From Candidatus Levyibacteriota bacterium (lineage in GTDB: Bacteria > Patescibacteriota > Microgenomatia > Levybacterales > UBA12049), in assembly GCA_029260905.1 (NCBI GenBank), contig JAJDCH010000011.1, positions 512 through 64,511 of the forward strand: DNA of 64,000 bases. Reading direction: 5' to 3'. Each line of letters begins with the position of its first letter. Position 1 is the stretch's first letter. Positions 8,545 through 18,722 of this stretch are shown one piece after another. The notes beneath the pieces are model-generated. The model ran no database searches and was not told the origin of the DNA. It saw only the letters and a list, made by a program, of their open reading frames with translations. Position numbers and translations under genes: made by a program.

Positions 8545-10686
8545 TTATATCATGATTTTTCCATTTTTTACTTTTGGTTCAATTTCAGCACCTGGTTTTA
8601 TCGATCCTTCAATTATTCTTGTTGCTATCTCGTCAACTAACCTTTCATCAATTGCCCTCTTCAGGGGTCTTGCGCCAAAAACAGGATCATATCCAACTTC
8701 GGCAAAATAAATACTCAGATCATCTGTTATCTTCATATTTATACCATTCTCACTCATCCTCTCTTTTACCCGCTCCAATTGTAATTCTGCAATTTTGATA
8801 AGATCTTTGGGAGAAAGATTGTTATATGTAACAATTGAATCAAGCCTATTTAAAAATTCAGGTTTAAAATGCTGATGAAGAATTTCATTTATTTTTTTAT
8901 CAATACTGTCTTTATCGCTTTCCTCTTTCAAAATATCTCCGCCAAGATTACTAGTCATAATTATAATTGTATTTCTAAAATCAACTTTTACACCTTTACT
9001 ATCAGTCAGCATCCCTTCATCAAATATCTGGAGAAAAAGATTAAACACTTGAGGATGAGCCTTCTCTATTTCATCAAAAAGAATAACGGAATATGGCTTT
9101 CTGCGAACTGCCTCTGTTAACTGCCCACCTTCTTCATAGCCAACATATCCGGGAGGCGCACCAATCATTCGCGCAACGCTATGATTTTCCATATATTCAC
9201 TCATATCAATTCTTGTCAGGGCGTGCTCATTATTAAAAAGTATTCTTGCTAAGGTTTTTGCAGTTTCTGTTTTACCAACACCTGTTGGACCAAGAAAAAG
9301 GAAAGAACCAATCGGCTTGTCTCTTGCAGAAAGACCTGATCTTGATCTGCGAACAGCTCTTGCCACCAAATTAACAGCCCTGTCTTGACCTATTACTTGT
9401 TTTTTTAGTTCCTCATCAAGCTTTAAAAGCCTATCTGATTCAGTAGAAAGCACTTTGCTTACAGGTATCCCAGTCCAGCGCGCAACCACTTTTGCTATAT
9501 CTTCAGCATCAACCTCTTCCCTTAAAACCTGTTCGTCTGTTGGAATTTTGCTCCACTCATTCATTAACTCATTCAATCTCTTCTCAATCTCAGGAATTTT
9601 TCCATATTTTATTTCAGCCGCTTTTTGAAGATCAACATTACGCTCTGCTTCCTGAAGCTCTATCCGATATGTATCAATTTTTGCTCTCATGTCTTGCACT
9701 TTTTGAATTATTTCTTTTTGTTTTTTCCATCTCTTTTCAAGCGTACTTGCTTCTGCTTTTAATTTTTCAAGTTCTTTTTCTTGTGTCTCTTTTCTACTCT
9801 TAGAGATTTCACTTTTTTCTTTTTTCAATGCAGCAAGTTCTATCTCAATTTGTGTTATTTTTCTTTTCAATAGATCAAGTTCAGCCGGCATACTTTCTGT
9901 TTCAATTTTTATTGCAGCTGCTGCTTCATCTATAAGATCAATTGCTTTATCTGGTAAAAATCTTTGAGGAATATATTGCGCCGAAAGCTTGGCCGCTTGA
10001 ATAATTGCATTATCAGTTATACGAATCCCGTGGTGCAACTCATACTTTTCTTTAATTCCTCTCAAAATAGAAATAGTATCCTCAATTGTTGGCTCATCTA
10101 TAAGAACAGGCTGAAAACGTCTTGCAAGTGCTGGATCTTTTTCAATATACTTCCTATACTCACCAACTGTTGTCGCGCCTATCATTTTAAGCGCTCCACG
10201 AGCAAGTGCAGGCTTTAGCATATTTGCTGCATCAACAGATCCCTCGCTTGATCCTCCACCAACAAGTGTATGAAGCTCATCAATAAACATAACATATTTT
10301 CCATCTGCATCCTCTACAGCCTTTACAAGACTCTTTAGTCTTTCTTCAAATTCTCCCCTAAATTTTGCACCAGCCAAAAGCTGTGCAAAATCCAAAACAA
10401 GCACTTCCTTTTCTTTAAGAGGTGTTGGCACATTTTTTTCAAAAATTTTTTGAGCAAGTCCTTCAACTATTGCAGTCTTACCCACCCCTGGATCACCGAT
10501 AAGAACTGGATTATTCTTTGTGCGTCTTGAAAGTATCTCCATTATTCGCCTTATCTCAACCTCACGACCAATAACAGGATCAATTTTGCCACTATTTGCA
10601 AGATCAGTTAGATTAATTGTGAATTTTTTAAGCGCTTCATCAGGTGACACAGGCCTTAAAAAATCTATTGCTTGATTGTTGTTCAT
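8545..10686 (-). CDS. clpB: ClpB-type AAA+ disaggregase lacking the N-terminal domain
   Basis: Two AAA+ modules (GDPGVGKT and GPTGVGKT) separated by a long coiled-coil M-domain. It is 713 aa and has no Clp_N repeat. Confidence 0.85.
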   Translation of the reverse strand: MNNNQAIDFLRPVSPDEALKKFTINLTDLANSGKIDPVIGREVEIRRIMEILSRRTKNNPVLIGDPGVGKTAIVEGLAQKIFEKNVPTPLKEKEVLVLDFAQLLAGAKFRGEFEERLKSLVKAVEDADGKYVMFIDELHTLVGGGSSEGSVDAANMLKPALARGALKMIGATTVGEYRKYIEKDPALARRFQPVLIDEPTIEDTISILRGIKEKYELHHGIRITDNAIIQAAKLSAQYIPQRFLPDKAIDLIDEAAAAIKIETESMPAELDLLKRKITQIEIELAALKKEKSEISKSRKETQEKELEKLKAEASTLEKRWKKQKEIIQKVQDMRAKIDTYRIELQEAERNVDLQKAAEIKYGKIPEIEKRLNELMNEWSKIPTDEQVLREEVDAEDIAKVVARWTGIPVSKVLSTESDRLLKLDEELKKQVIGQDRAVNLVARAVRRSRSGLSARDKPIGSFLFLGPTGVGKTETAKTLARILFNNEHALTRIDMSEYMENHSVARMIGAPPGYVGYEEGGQLTEAVRRKPYSVILFDEIEKAHPQVFNLFLQIFDEGMLTDSKGVKVDFRNTIIIMTSNLGGDILKEESDKDSIDKKINEILHQHFKPEFLNRLDSIVTYNNLSPKDLIKIAELQLERVKERMSENGINMKITDDLSIYFAEVGYDPVFGARPLKRAIDERLVDEIATRIIEGSIKPGAEIEPKVKNGKIMI

Positions 10687-10701
10687 GGGGATATTTTATA
10701 A

Positions 10702-10728
10702 TTAGCAGTAGAAGTTGTCAAGTGCTAA
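10702..10728 (-). promoter_or_regulatory. CIRCE-like inverted repeat (putative HrcA operator) overlapping the -35 of the clpB promoter
   Basis: TTAGCAGTA-N9-AAGTGCTAA compared with the consensus TTAGCACTC-N9-GAGTGCTAA. On the minus strand this overlaps TTGACA-17nt-TAAAAT, immediately 5' of the clpB ATG. Confidence 0.45.
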
Positions 10729-11105
10729 ATCGAAAGGTGTTTTCTATACTTTTCCTGAAAGTACCACATTAAATGACTCAAAAACGACATTCATTTTTTG
10801 TTCAAAAAAACTTAAAATTTTTTTCATAATTTCCTCACCTCCTTTTGGTAGGTTGTGTCATTAACTGGGCGTTAACTTAATTTCTCTGTCCTGCCCTTTT
10901 TTGCTCCGGGATAGCAACGTTTCGCTCCAGAATGGCATTTTGAAACCTACCTTCTTTAGTTTTTAACATCTCACTTATCCTATTAAAGCCATAATAGACC
11001 TAAAATATATGAATATAAATAAAATTTTGTAAGGAAAAGGAAAGATTTTCTTGAGGCTATTTTAATCAATTTCAACTTGACAAATACTAACAGTAATAAT
11101 TAAAT

Positions 11106-12839
11106 TTATCCAAAAGTAAAAGCATAGGCCTCAATTCCTGGCGAGAACTCAAGTCTCAATATATGATTTTCAGGATCACCTTTCAAATCTATAAGATTAT
11201 ACAATGTGTTCTTGTCAACTTTTACAATTCCATCCACCACATCCATACCACCATTTTTATCATTCACCAATTTTCCATCAAGATAAACTTTTACTGTTCC
11301 TACCTGTCCAGACTTCTTCAAATGAAGAACTAAAAAAACTTTTTCTGCTGTAAAATTAAACTCTAGAACAGAGTTACCAATAGATGCAGAATATTCCTCG
11401 CTTATGCTCCATTCTCCCCCAAGGCTAAATGAATTATTTGCAATATTTTTTGAAATGGTTAGTGCTTTTTGACCTTTAGTCAATCTCCCATTGGGATAAT
11501 AATACTCCATCCTTTCTGAACCAAGATACGTCTCCGGTGTTATATTTGTATTTGGCTGAGAAATTGAAACATCATTAATTTTCTCATTCACTTTCTGACC
11601 TGACTCTTCCAGAAGTGCTTGAATCACTTTTTCTGTTTCTGCATATGCGCCTTCTCCAAAATGGGTATATCTTATATATCCATCCTTATCGATCAGATAC
11701 TTTGCGGGCCAATAACGGTTGTTGTATGCTCTCCATGTTTCAAAATTGTTATCCTGAACAATCGGATACTTTAACTCAAAGTCATTTATAGCTTCCTGTA
11801 AGTTCTCTGAACTCTTCTCAAATTCAAACTCTGGTGAGTGCACGCCGATTATCACAAGTCCCTTATCAGAATATTTCTCATTCCACATCTTAAGATATGG
11901 AAAAGTCCTTTGACAATTTATACATGTATAAGTCCAGAAATCAACAAGCACTACCTTATCCTTAAGATCACTTATCTTTAAAGGCTTACTATTGAACCAC
12001 TCTCCACCTGGTATTATCTCTGGCGCTTTTAATTTTTGATCACCTAAATCATTGGGAATTTGATCACTTTTTTCATCTCCACTTTTTAATTTTTCAAGCT
12101 CATTTTTTACAAAATCATTATCTTCAAAAGCTGTTAAACCCACTCCGTATTGAGGAAATGTTCTAAGCACGTATGATTGAAAGTCACGATCAATATTAAA
12201 ATTGAGTCCAATCGCTGTTATTATCATCAGAACTCCAAAACCTTTTTGAATTTTATCAGCATTTGGAATAAGCCATGGAACTTTTTGAAGTAAATTTCGC
12301 CCACCATACATGATAGCAAGCATCGGTATCGCAGTACCTAGTGCATATGCGAGAGTAATTATAACTGCTCCAAAACCAACAGTACTTGTCGCAGCAAGCG
12401 TTATGATGGATGCAAGAATTGGACCCACACAAGGTGTCCAAATAAGGCCAATACTAAGACCAATCAAAATACCCCCACCAAAACCCTGTCTGCTATCTTT
12501 TCCATTTCCGCTAATTACTAACCTGCTTGATAACTTAGAAAAAAGCTTCTCCATCAATAATTGAAACTGTGGCAAAAGAAGAGTTACACCAAACAAAAAT
12601 ATTATAACAACTGATACAAATCTCAAGGCATCAGCAGATAAACCAGTCGCTCTGACGATCGCTGATAAGAAAAGTGTAAAAAAGGTAAAGCTGAGTATAA
12701 AACCAGCTACAATTCCAAAAGGTTTTTTCTTTCCGCCACCAACACTACCTGATAGTACTATTGGAAGTATTGGTAATATACACGGAGAAAGAATAGTTAC
12801 AACTCCTCCCAAAAAAGAAAATAAGACAAGTAAAAACAT
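11106..12839 (-). CDS. DipZ-like thiol:disulfide interchange protein (CcdA/DsbD membrane domain fused to a thioredoxin domain)
   Basis: CcdA cysteines (LSPCILPILP and WTPCVGPIL), followed by a thioredoxin fold (WTYTCINCQRT) and a C-terminal beta-rich domain. Confidence 0.75.
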   Translation of the reverse strand: MFLLVLFSFLGGVVTILSPCILPILPIVLSGSVGGGKKKPFGIVAGFILSFTFFTLFLSAIVRATGLSADALRFVSVVIIFLFGVTLLLPQFQLLMEKLFSKLSSRLVISGNGKDSRQGFGGGILIGLSIGLIWTPCVGPILASIITLAATSTVGFGAVIITLAYALGTAIPMLAIMYGGRNLLQKVPWLIPNADKIQKGFGVLMIITAIGLNFNIDRDFQSYVLRTFPQYGVGLTAFEDNDFVKNELEKLKSGDEKSDQIPNDLGDQKLKAPEIIPGGEWFNSKPLKISDLKDKVVLVDFWTYTCINCQRTFPYLKMWNEKYSDKGLVIIGVHSPEFEFEKSSENLQEAINDFELKYPIVQDNNFETWRAYNNRYWPAKYLIDKDGYIRYTHFGEGAYAETEKVIQALLEESGQKVNEKINDVSISQPNTNITPETYLGSERMEYYYPNGRLTKGQKALTISKNIANNSFSLGGEWSISEEYSASIGNSVLEFNFTAEKVFLVLHLKKSGQVGTVKVYLDGKLVNDKNGGMDVVDGIVKVDKNTLYNLIDLKGDPENHILRLEFSPGIEAYAFTFG

Positions 12840-12877
12840 AATTTATTTAACAAAATAACATGCTCTGTTGAGGAATA

Positions 12878-13375
12878 TTATTCTACTCTACTGACGAGCT
12901 CCATTAGACCTCCACCATTCCAGGTTGTGATTTGTTCTCCCTCTTTATTTACTTGTACAAATGTATGCTGATAAGTTACCCCGTATTTTTTAGCTAGCTC
13001 TTTTCCTTCATCATTTGTATCTGAATCATTATAATTTATTCTCAATATAATAATATCTTCTGGTATCTCGTCTGGTTTTTGTGTGAACTCAGCATTTGCT
13101 ACTTTACAGGTTGGACACCAATTCGCGTAAAAATACAATACTCTTTTCTGTTCAACTGATTGATTATATGCATCTTTTGAATACACAACATATCTTGACT
13201 CCTCAGGGTTCGTAGCTATCACTGCTTCTCTACCAACTGAATCTTTTTTATTTTCCACAACATCGGCTTGAGGTAAGTTGATTACATTGTTTTCAGAATA
13301 TTTTTGATTAGCAATAAAAAATCCACCACCTATCAAAATTATTACAATTAAAATTGTTATAGTTTTAGAATTCAT
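12878..13375 (-). CDS. Membrane-anchored thioredoxin-like protein
   Basis: N-terminal TM segment and a WCPTCK thioredoxin active site. Confidence 0.65.
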   Translation of the reverse strand: MNSKTITILIVIILIGGGFFIANQKYSENNVINLPQADVVENKKDSVGREAVIATNPEESRYVVYSKDAYNQSVEQKRVLYFYANWCPTCKVANAEFTQKPDEIPEDIIILRINYNDSDTNDEGKELAKKYGVTYQHTFVQVNKEGEQITTWNGGGLMELVSRVE

Positions 13376-13433
13376 AATTTAAGATTAAACGATAAATTGC
13401 TCTATGTCAAGTAGAGTTTACATCTAGCCTAGT

Positions 13434-13799
13434 TTATCGCTTCAACTTTCCATAAACACTTCCCAAAATTTTAGCAAGAAGCATTACCGAAACGGCGATT
13501 ATCAGAAATGGATCTATCTCATGATTTGTACTCTGCGCGATAATCCCAGTTATCAAAACTGCAATTCCTGCAAAATACGCAAAACGGGAAGCAATAAATT
13601 TATGTAGCTGCTCTCGCTCATCGCCTGGTTTTTCGTTCCATAAAAATCCTGCAAATAATATAAATAGGACTACCAAAAAAGGAACCATAAAAGGACTGAG
13701 AGCTTGGGGCATTAACAGATCTAGAGGATCTATAAAAAACGCCAGTAAACCAACTAGTAATATGGATATTATTATTTCACCTGTAAAATTGTTTTTCAT
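13434..13799 (-). CDS. Small membrane protein (DUF2178-like), partner of the upstream XRE regulator
   Basis: Four hydrophobic helices. Its start overlaps the stop of the XRE gene, a common two-gene module. Confidence 0.4.
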   Translation of the reverse strand: MKNNFTGEIIISILLVGLLAFFIDPLDLLMPQALSPFMVPFLVVLFILFAGFLWNEKPGDEREQLHKFIASRFAYFAGIAVLITGIIAQSTNHEIDPFLIIAVSVMLLAKILGSVYGKLKR

Positions 13800-14002
13800 G
13801 ATTTCAAACTAAATATGTCCTCGATCGGCTTTTTAAAATACTTCGCAATTTTCAGTCCCAACAAAAGAGATGGCGTATAATTTCCCTTCTCTATTGCTAT
13901 CACTGTTTGACGAGATACCTTTATACTTTCAGCAAATTCTTCCTGAGTTATATTTTTTTCTTTTCTAAGAATAGAAACTGTATTATTTATATATTCTGCC
14001 AT
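13796..14002 (-). CDS. XRE-family helix-turn-helix transcriptional regulator
   Basis: ITQEEFAESIKVSRQTVIAIEKGNYTPSL is a Cro/C1-type HTH. Confidence 0.8.
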   Translation of the reverse strand: MAEYINNTVSILRKEKNITQEEFAESIKVSRQTVIAIEKGNYTPSLLLGLKIAKYFKKPIEDIFSLKS

Positions 14003-14102
14003 ATATTAATCTTTGTCAACATAATCAAGATAATATTAATTTGTTTCATTCTTTTTGTCAACTAGGCTTTACATTTTTATTTTAATTTAATATACTTTAA
14101 TC

Positions 14103-15119
14103 ATGAAAAATTTCCTTTTCAGAAAGATTATAATCGTCATTTTAATCTTAATCGGAGTGGGGATATTTTTATTTAATCAAATATCTTCTAAATCAACACC
14201 ATCAGGATTTCAACCAGCAAATCCAGGCGAGACGGTTGTAAGAAACGTAGAGCTTCAAAATGATTTTAATGGGGCAAAAGTCAAAAAAGGAGATCTTCTT
14301 CAGGGCTGTACTAGTCAGGACTGCATTCCCAGTATTGATAACCCAAAGTTTGAATCTGTCAACGATGCTGACAGTTGGCTTGAGGACGGTGATGCTTTGT
14401 TTGCGATAGATTACATGGGTGAACAGAAAGCTTATCCTCAACGTATCATGAACTGGCACGAAATTGTAAATGACGAAATCCAGGGTGAGCCAGTTGTAAT
14501 CACTTTTTGTCCACTTTGTGGATCAGCTCTGGCTTTTGAGAGAAAAGTGAATGGTGTAATTACAGAGTTTGGGGTTTCGGGCAAGCTGCATGATAGCGAC
14601 CTTGTTATGTATGATAGATATGAGGGAAATCTCTGGCAGCAAATAACTGGTGAGGGGATAGTAGGTCCAGCCGCAAGACGGGACGAAACTCTCAAGCAAA
14701 TTCATATTTCAACAACAAATTGGGAAACTTGGAAAAAAGAAAACCTTGACGGTCTTGTCTTATCTCAAGAGACTGGATTTTCCAGAAATTATGATGCTTA
14801 TCCATATGGAACATATGAGCAAGATGACGAGCTTTATTTTGGAGTTAAGAATTTAGATAAAAAGCTGCAAATCAAAACAGTTGTTTATGGAGTAAGTATA
14901 GATGATGCTAGAAAAGCATATCCTGAAACTGTCTTTGACAACAATTCTGTAATAACAGATATATTGGGAAATGCCAATATCAAACTTGAAAAAACAAAGA
15001 GTGGTAAAATAATAGTTACAAATCTAGATACTGATGAGGATATTATACCAATCAGATTATTCTGGTTTGCTTGGGCTGCGTTTAACCCTGATACGCTTAT
15101 TTATGAAAATACGAATTAA
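14103..15119 (+). CDS. Secreted DUF3179-family protein
   Basis: Signal anchor plus ITFCPLCGSALAFER...GVSGKL...YDRYEGNLWQQ, which I recall as DUF3179. Confidence 0.5.
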   Translation: MKNFLFRKIIIVILILIGVGIFLFNQISSKSTPSGFQPANPGETVVRNVELQNDFNGAKVKKGDLLQGCTSQDCIPSIDNPKFESVNDADSWLEDGDALFAIDYMGEQKAYPQRIMNWHEIVNDEIQGEPVVITFCPLCGSALAFERKVNGVITEFGVSGKLHDSDLVMYDRYEGNLWQQITGEGIVGPAARRDETLKQIHISTTNWETWKKENLDGLVLSQETGFSRNYDAYPYGTYEQDDELYFGVKNLDKKLQIKTVVYGVSIDDARKAYPETVFDNNSVITDILGNANIKLEKTKSGKIIVTNLDTDEDIIPIRLFWFAWAAFNPDTLIYENTN

Positions 15120-15546
15120 AAAAAATCACTTAAAATTTTCATTTATTTTGGTTGCAATACTTCTAGCTCTCGGGGCTCTCAATTATTCAAACACTCTGAT
15201 TAAGAATCATACACCTGCATCTAAAATAAAAGAACTATCTCCCAATTATTACGAGTACTCTGATAAATCACTTAAGCTTTCACAATCTCGCGGAAAAACT
15301 ATCCTGTTTTTTGCAGCAACCACCTGGTGTAATACCTGTTCAAACCTCGATAAAGAAATAAAAGAAAAAAGTATGGATCTACCAAAAAATATAACCATTC
15401 TAAAGACTGACTATGATAATGATAAAGCTCTAAATAAAAAATACTTCATTACAATTCAACATACTCTAGTGGTGTTAGATAAAAATGGAGAAGAAATCAA
15501 AAGGTGGATTGGGGGTAATTTTGAAGAACTCATTAAAAATATCTAA
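15103..15546 (+). CDS. Thioredoxin-like protein (TlpA-like), membrane-anchored
   Basis: Start is placed at the ATG at 15103. TM segment followed by a WCNTC active site. Confidence 0.6.
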   Translation: MKIRIKKNHLKFSFILVAILLALGALNYSNTLIKNHTPASKIKELSPNYYEYSDKSLKLSQSRGKTILFFAATTWCNTCSNLDKEIKEKSMDLPKNITILKTDYDNDKALNKKYFITIQHTLVVLDKNGEEIKRWIGGNFEELIKNI

Positions 15547-15555
15547 AATTTATCT

Positions 15556-15774
15556 ATGAAAAAATCTTCTTTCAAAACTGACGCTCAGTTAGCTTGCCCA
15601 AAATGCAATTATGTACAAAAGGTTGAAATGCCGCTTAATGCATGTCAGCATTTTTATAAATGCAAAAATTGTGATACTATGTTAAAACCTAAAACAAAAG
15701 ATTGCTGTGTATTTTGTTCGTATGCTAATTTTTTGTGTCCACCAAAACAAAGAGAGTTAAATATAAATTTATGA
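15556..15774 (+). CDS. Small cysteine-rich metal-binding protein (DCCVFC motif)
   Basis: 12 Cys in 72 aa: CPKCNY...CQHFYKCKNC...DCCVFCSYANFLCPP. Confidence 0.5.
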   Translation: MKKSSFKTDAQLACPKCNYVQKVEMPLNACQHFYKCKNCDTMLKPKTKDCCVFCSYANFLCPPKQRELNINL

Positions 15775-16049
15775 AAATTGCAGATTGTCAACATTTACCA
15801 GAAAAATTTGCTCAGCCAAAAACTGATGAGTGTCAGGAAAATCATCCATGTTCTCATGGGCAAAGAGTTTGCTTAACTTGCGGATACGTCGGCTGTTGTG
15901 ACTCATGTCAGATGCATCTGAGAATTCATGCAGAACAAACAAAACATGAAGTGATGGCATCATATCCTGCAGATAGCTCATCATTTATCTGGTGTTATGC
16001 TGATGATGACTATCTAGAACCAGACGAAAAAATTAACTTAAAAGTCTAG
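15771..16049 (+). CDS. UBP-type zinc-finger protein
   Basis: RVCLTCGYVGCCDSCQMHLRIHAEQTKHEV matches the Znf-UBP Cys/His pattern. Start is placed at the ATG at 15771. Confidence 0.6.
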   Translation: MKIADCQHLPEKFAQPKTDECQENHPCSHGQRVCLTCGYVGCCDSCQMHLRIHAEQTKHEVMASYPADSSSFIWCYADDDYLEPDEKINLKV

Positions 16050-16063
16050 AAAATTATCAGTAG

Positions 16064-16609
16064 TTATCTCAATCTTATATTTTCAAGATTTTGCAATTGT
16101 GAATTAATTTGATTTTCGCTTTCATTACCAAAACTAACAAGAAGCATGTCTCCTTCTCCAACAATCTCTTCTAATGCATCTGGATTTTTATTACCATTAA
16201 TATAGAATTTCAATTCTTCATCTTTCCCCGAACAAAAAGTCTCACCCGTTCCTGTTGTAAGACAGTCTTTTGTTAATTTAAAAGGCAAGGTTTTGAAAAA
16301 ATCATTCCAAGTTAGATCTTTCTTTTTGACATGAACTAGATTGGGATTTGCAGATGTGATATAGACATCTTCTGATAAATCATGGTACATTGCAGATGTA
16401 AATATCCTAAAAGTACCATTGGTATATATTGCAAATGTCGCTTCATGCGAGAGGCTTTCTTGATCTTTAGCTATTTGATTATTAGAGATTTCATTTGTAA
16501 CAGTGCTTTGACTTTCGAGCTTAACATCATATTTATTGGATGAAAATAAATAAACTCCGATTGCAACTATCAAAACAACTACTACTGACAAAACATTTTT
16601 TGTTTTCAT
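16064..16609 (-). CDS. Hypothetical secreted/membrane-anchored protein
   Basis: N-terminal TM segment. No recognisable motif. Confidence 0.4.
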   Translation of the reverse strand: MKTKNVLSVVVVLIVAIGVYLFSSNKYDVKLESQSTVTNEISNNQIAKDQESLSHEATFAIYTNGTFRIFTSAMYHDLSEDVYITSANPNLVHVKKKDLTWNDFFKTLPFKLTKDCLTTGTGETFCSGKDEELKFYINGNKNPDALEEIVGEGDMLLVSFGNESENQINSQLQNLENIRLR

Positions 16610-16827
16610 CTTGCAACTTCAAGTATAACAAAATTTGCCACTCTTTTGAGTGACGATAAGTTCTTATCAAAGATATAAAAAGGGATTCTGAACCACTATG
16701 ATTAATACTTTTTTGCAGGTTGCCTCAGTTCTTGTTACTCCCTTTAGTCATCTGCTATGTCTTTTTGACAAGTAATTCTACTTTTAGAATTAATTTTTCA
16801 CTTGTTGTTGGTGCTATAATTTATACG

Positions 16828-17532
16828 ATGAAGAAATTAATTATATTAATGTTTGCAATATTAGGATTTTTTCTCTATTTTAGAGATATCAATGCTTTTA
16901 TCCCCAATAAGTCTTCGCAGCAAATTAGTTATATCCCAATTGGTGATTCATACACAATTGGTCAGGGAGTTGCAAGATCTGAGTCTTGGCCTGAGATTTT
17001 GACAACACATCTTCGAAAAAATGGAATTGAGATAGAACTTACCTCAAACCCTTCTGTATCAGGATATACAACCCAGAATGCAATCAATTTAGAACTTCCT
17101 ATTTTCAAATCAAACAAGCCCACCTTCACAACTGTTCTAATAGGCGCCAATGATTCATTTCAAAAAATTAATCCGCAAATTTTTGAAAACAGATTGAAAA
17201 CTCTTCTTGATGAAATACAAAAAACCTTACCTGATAAAAATAAAATAATTCTTATAACAATTCCTGATTACTCCTCATCACCTGCAGCAATCGAGTTAGA
17301 AAATACTTCCTCAACAAAAATGTTAATTATAAACTACAACAATATCATCAAAAAGGAGGCAGAAAAAAGAAATATTCCCGTTGTCGATCTTTTTCCTTTA
17401 ACAGAAAAATTAAAAGGCAAACCGGAGTTTTTTGTATCTGACGGGCTTCATCCATCAGCCAGACAATACCAGCTCTGGGAAGAACTCATCTACCCTGTTG
17501 CATACGAGATGCTAAAAGACGATAATAATTAA
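16828..17532 (+). CDS. SGNH/GDSL-family hydrolase
   Basis: GDSYTIGQG (block I), GANDS (block III) and DGLHPS (block V). Start is moved to the ATG at 16828 (MKKLIIL...). Confidence 0.7.
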   Translation: MKKLIILMFAILGFFLYFRDINAFIPNKSSQQISYIPIGDSYTIGQGVARSESWPEILTTHLRKNGIEIELTSNPSVSGYTTQNAINLELPIFKSNKPTFTTVLIGANDSFQKINPQIFENRLKTLLDEIQKTLPDKNKIILITIPDYSSSPAAIELENTSSTKMLIINYNNIIKKEAEKRNIPVVDLFPLTEKLKGKPEFFVSDGLHPSARQYQLWEELIYPVAYEMLKDDNN

Positions 17533-17533
17533 T

Positions 17534-18076
17534 ATGGAAATTGCAACTCTTGCCAATGGATGCTTTTGGTGTACAGAAGCAATTTTCAAAAGATTAAAAG
17601 GTGTTGAATCAGTAGCTTCTGGATATACTGGAGGAGAAAGAAAAAATCCTTCATACGAGCAGGTTTCATCCGGCGCAACGGGTCATGCTGAATGCCTGCA
17701 GATAAAATTTGATCCCAGCATTATTTCTTACCCTACGATTCTTGATGTCTTCTTTGCAACTCATGATCCCACAGAATTAAATCGGCAAGGAAATGATGTC
17801 GGAACACAGTATAGATCTGCAATTTTTTGGCATACTGATAAGCAGAAAAAGGCAGCAGAGAAGAAAATAACTGAGCTAAAAGATTCAGGAAAATATGAAG
17901 ATCCGATTGTTACAGAACTAATGGAATTTTCAGGCTTTTATCCTGCTGAGGAATACCACCAGGATTATTATGATCAGAACCGTAATGTAAATATGTATTG
18001 CAAAATTGTGATCGATCCCAAAATCAAAAAGCTCTTAAGTCAATTTGGAGATAAAGTAAAAGAAGAATATAAATAA
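17534..18076 (+). CDS. msrA: Peptide methionine (S)-sulfoxide reductase
   Basis: [10 protein letters not shown] active site and the conserved MsrA fold. Confidence 0.9.
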   Translation: MEIATLANGCFWCTEAIFKRLKGVESVASGYTGGERKNPSYEQVSSGATGHAECLQIKFDPSIISYPTILDVFFATHDPTELNRQGNDVGTQYRSAIFWHTDKQKKAAEKKITELKDSGKYEDPIVTELMEFSGFYPAEEYHQDYYDQNRNVNMYCKIVIDPKIKKLLSQFGDKVKEEYK

Positions 18077-18077
18077 T

Positions 18078-18722
18078 CTATTTACTCTCTCCCTGCGCCT
18101 CTTCTATTAATTTCTTGAGGTTTGTCGGGATTGGATTCTTCTTTAGAAGCTTTGCCATGTAAGTTGTATTGTGGACAAGAAATCGCAAAGTTTTATTGGT
18201 ATATAAATGCTTTTCTCCACCTGCGTCTATATAGGAGGGTCCAGGTCCTGCAGGTCCAACCCAATAAGTATCGACATTGGGTGGAACTACACATCCCAAG
18301 TGAGTTAAGTTAAATAAAGTATTGGCTGCAACATCATGCGCGCCGTCTTCATTACCTGTTACGATACATCCTGCAACTTTGTTATATAATGGAAATTGCC
18401 CAGTCTTTTTGTTTCCTTCTGCATATGTTCCATCCAGTCGTTCAATAACAAGTTGTGCAACGGATGAACGGACACCAAACCAAATTGGAGCAGCGATAAC
18501 AATGATATCGCAAGCTTTAATTTTCACCAAAATCTTTGGCCACTCATCACCTTCGCCTTCATAAGAAGATACACCAAATGGAATATTGAAATCAACAACA
18601 CGGATAACATCTGACTCAACATCCAATTTTTTGTACTCCTTCACAACCTTTTTGATCAGCGCTTCGGTATTTGAAACTTTTGGAGATTTTTTGAGAGTAC
18701 AATTTAAAATTACTGCTTTCAT
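18078..18722 (-). CDS. Flavodoxin-like NAD(P)H-dependent FMN oxidoreductase
   Basis: Flavodoxin-like fold (IIVIAAPIWFGVRSS). It is the last gene of the aro-trpS transcription unit. Confidence 0.6.
   Translation of the reverse strand: MKAVILNCTLKKSPKVSNTEALIKKVVKEYKKLDVESDVIRVVDFNIPFGVSSYEGEGDEWPKILVKIKACDIIVIAAPIWFGVRSSVAQLVIERLDGTYAEGNKKTGQFPLYNKVAGCIVTGNEDGAHDVAANTLFNLTHLGCVVPPNVDTYWVGPAGPGPSYIDAGGEKHLYTNKTLRFLVHNTTYMAKLLKKNPIPTNLKKLIEEAQGESK

Noticed and set aside
10847-10951. The structured element upstream of clpB as SRP RNA, tmRNA or RNase P RNA
   Set aside because: It is too short for tmRNA or RNase P. It lacks the SRP domain IV motif (AGGUCAGG...GGAAGGAAGCAGC-like). It is kept only as an unassigned candidate structure.
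16720-16827. Upstream extension of the SGNH hydrolase ORF (track start 16720)
   Set aside because: The extension encodes an odd hydrophobic peptide. The internal ATG at 16828 gives a typical signal-anchor start ([15 protein letters not shown]), so the shorter gene is preferred.
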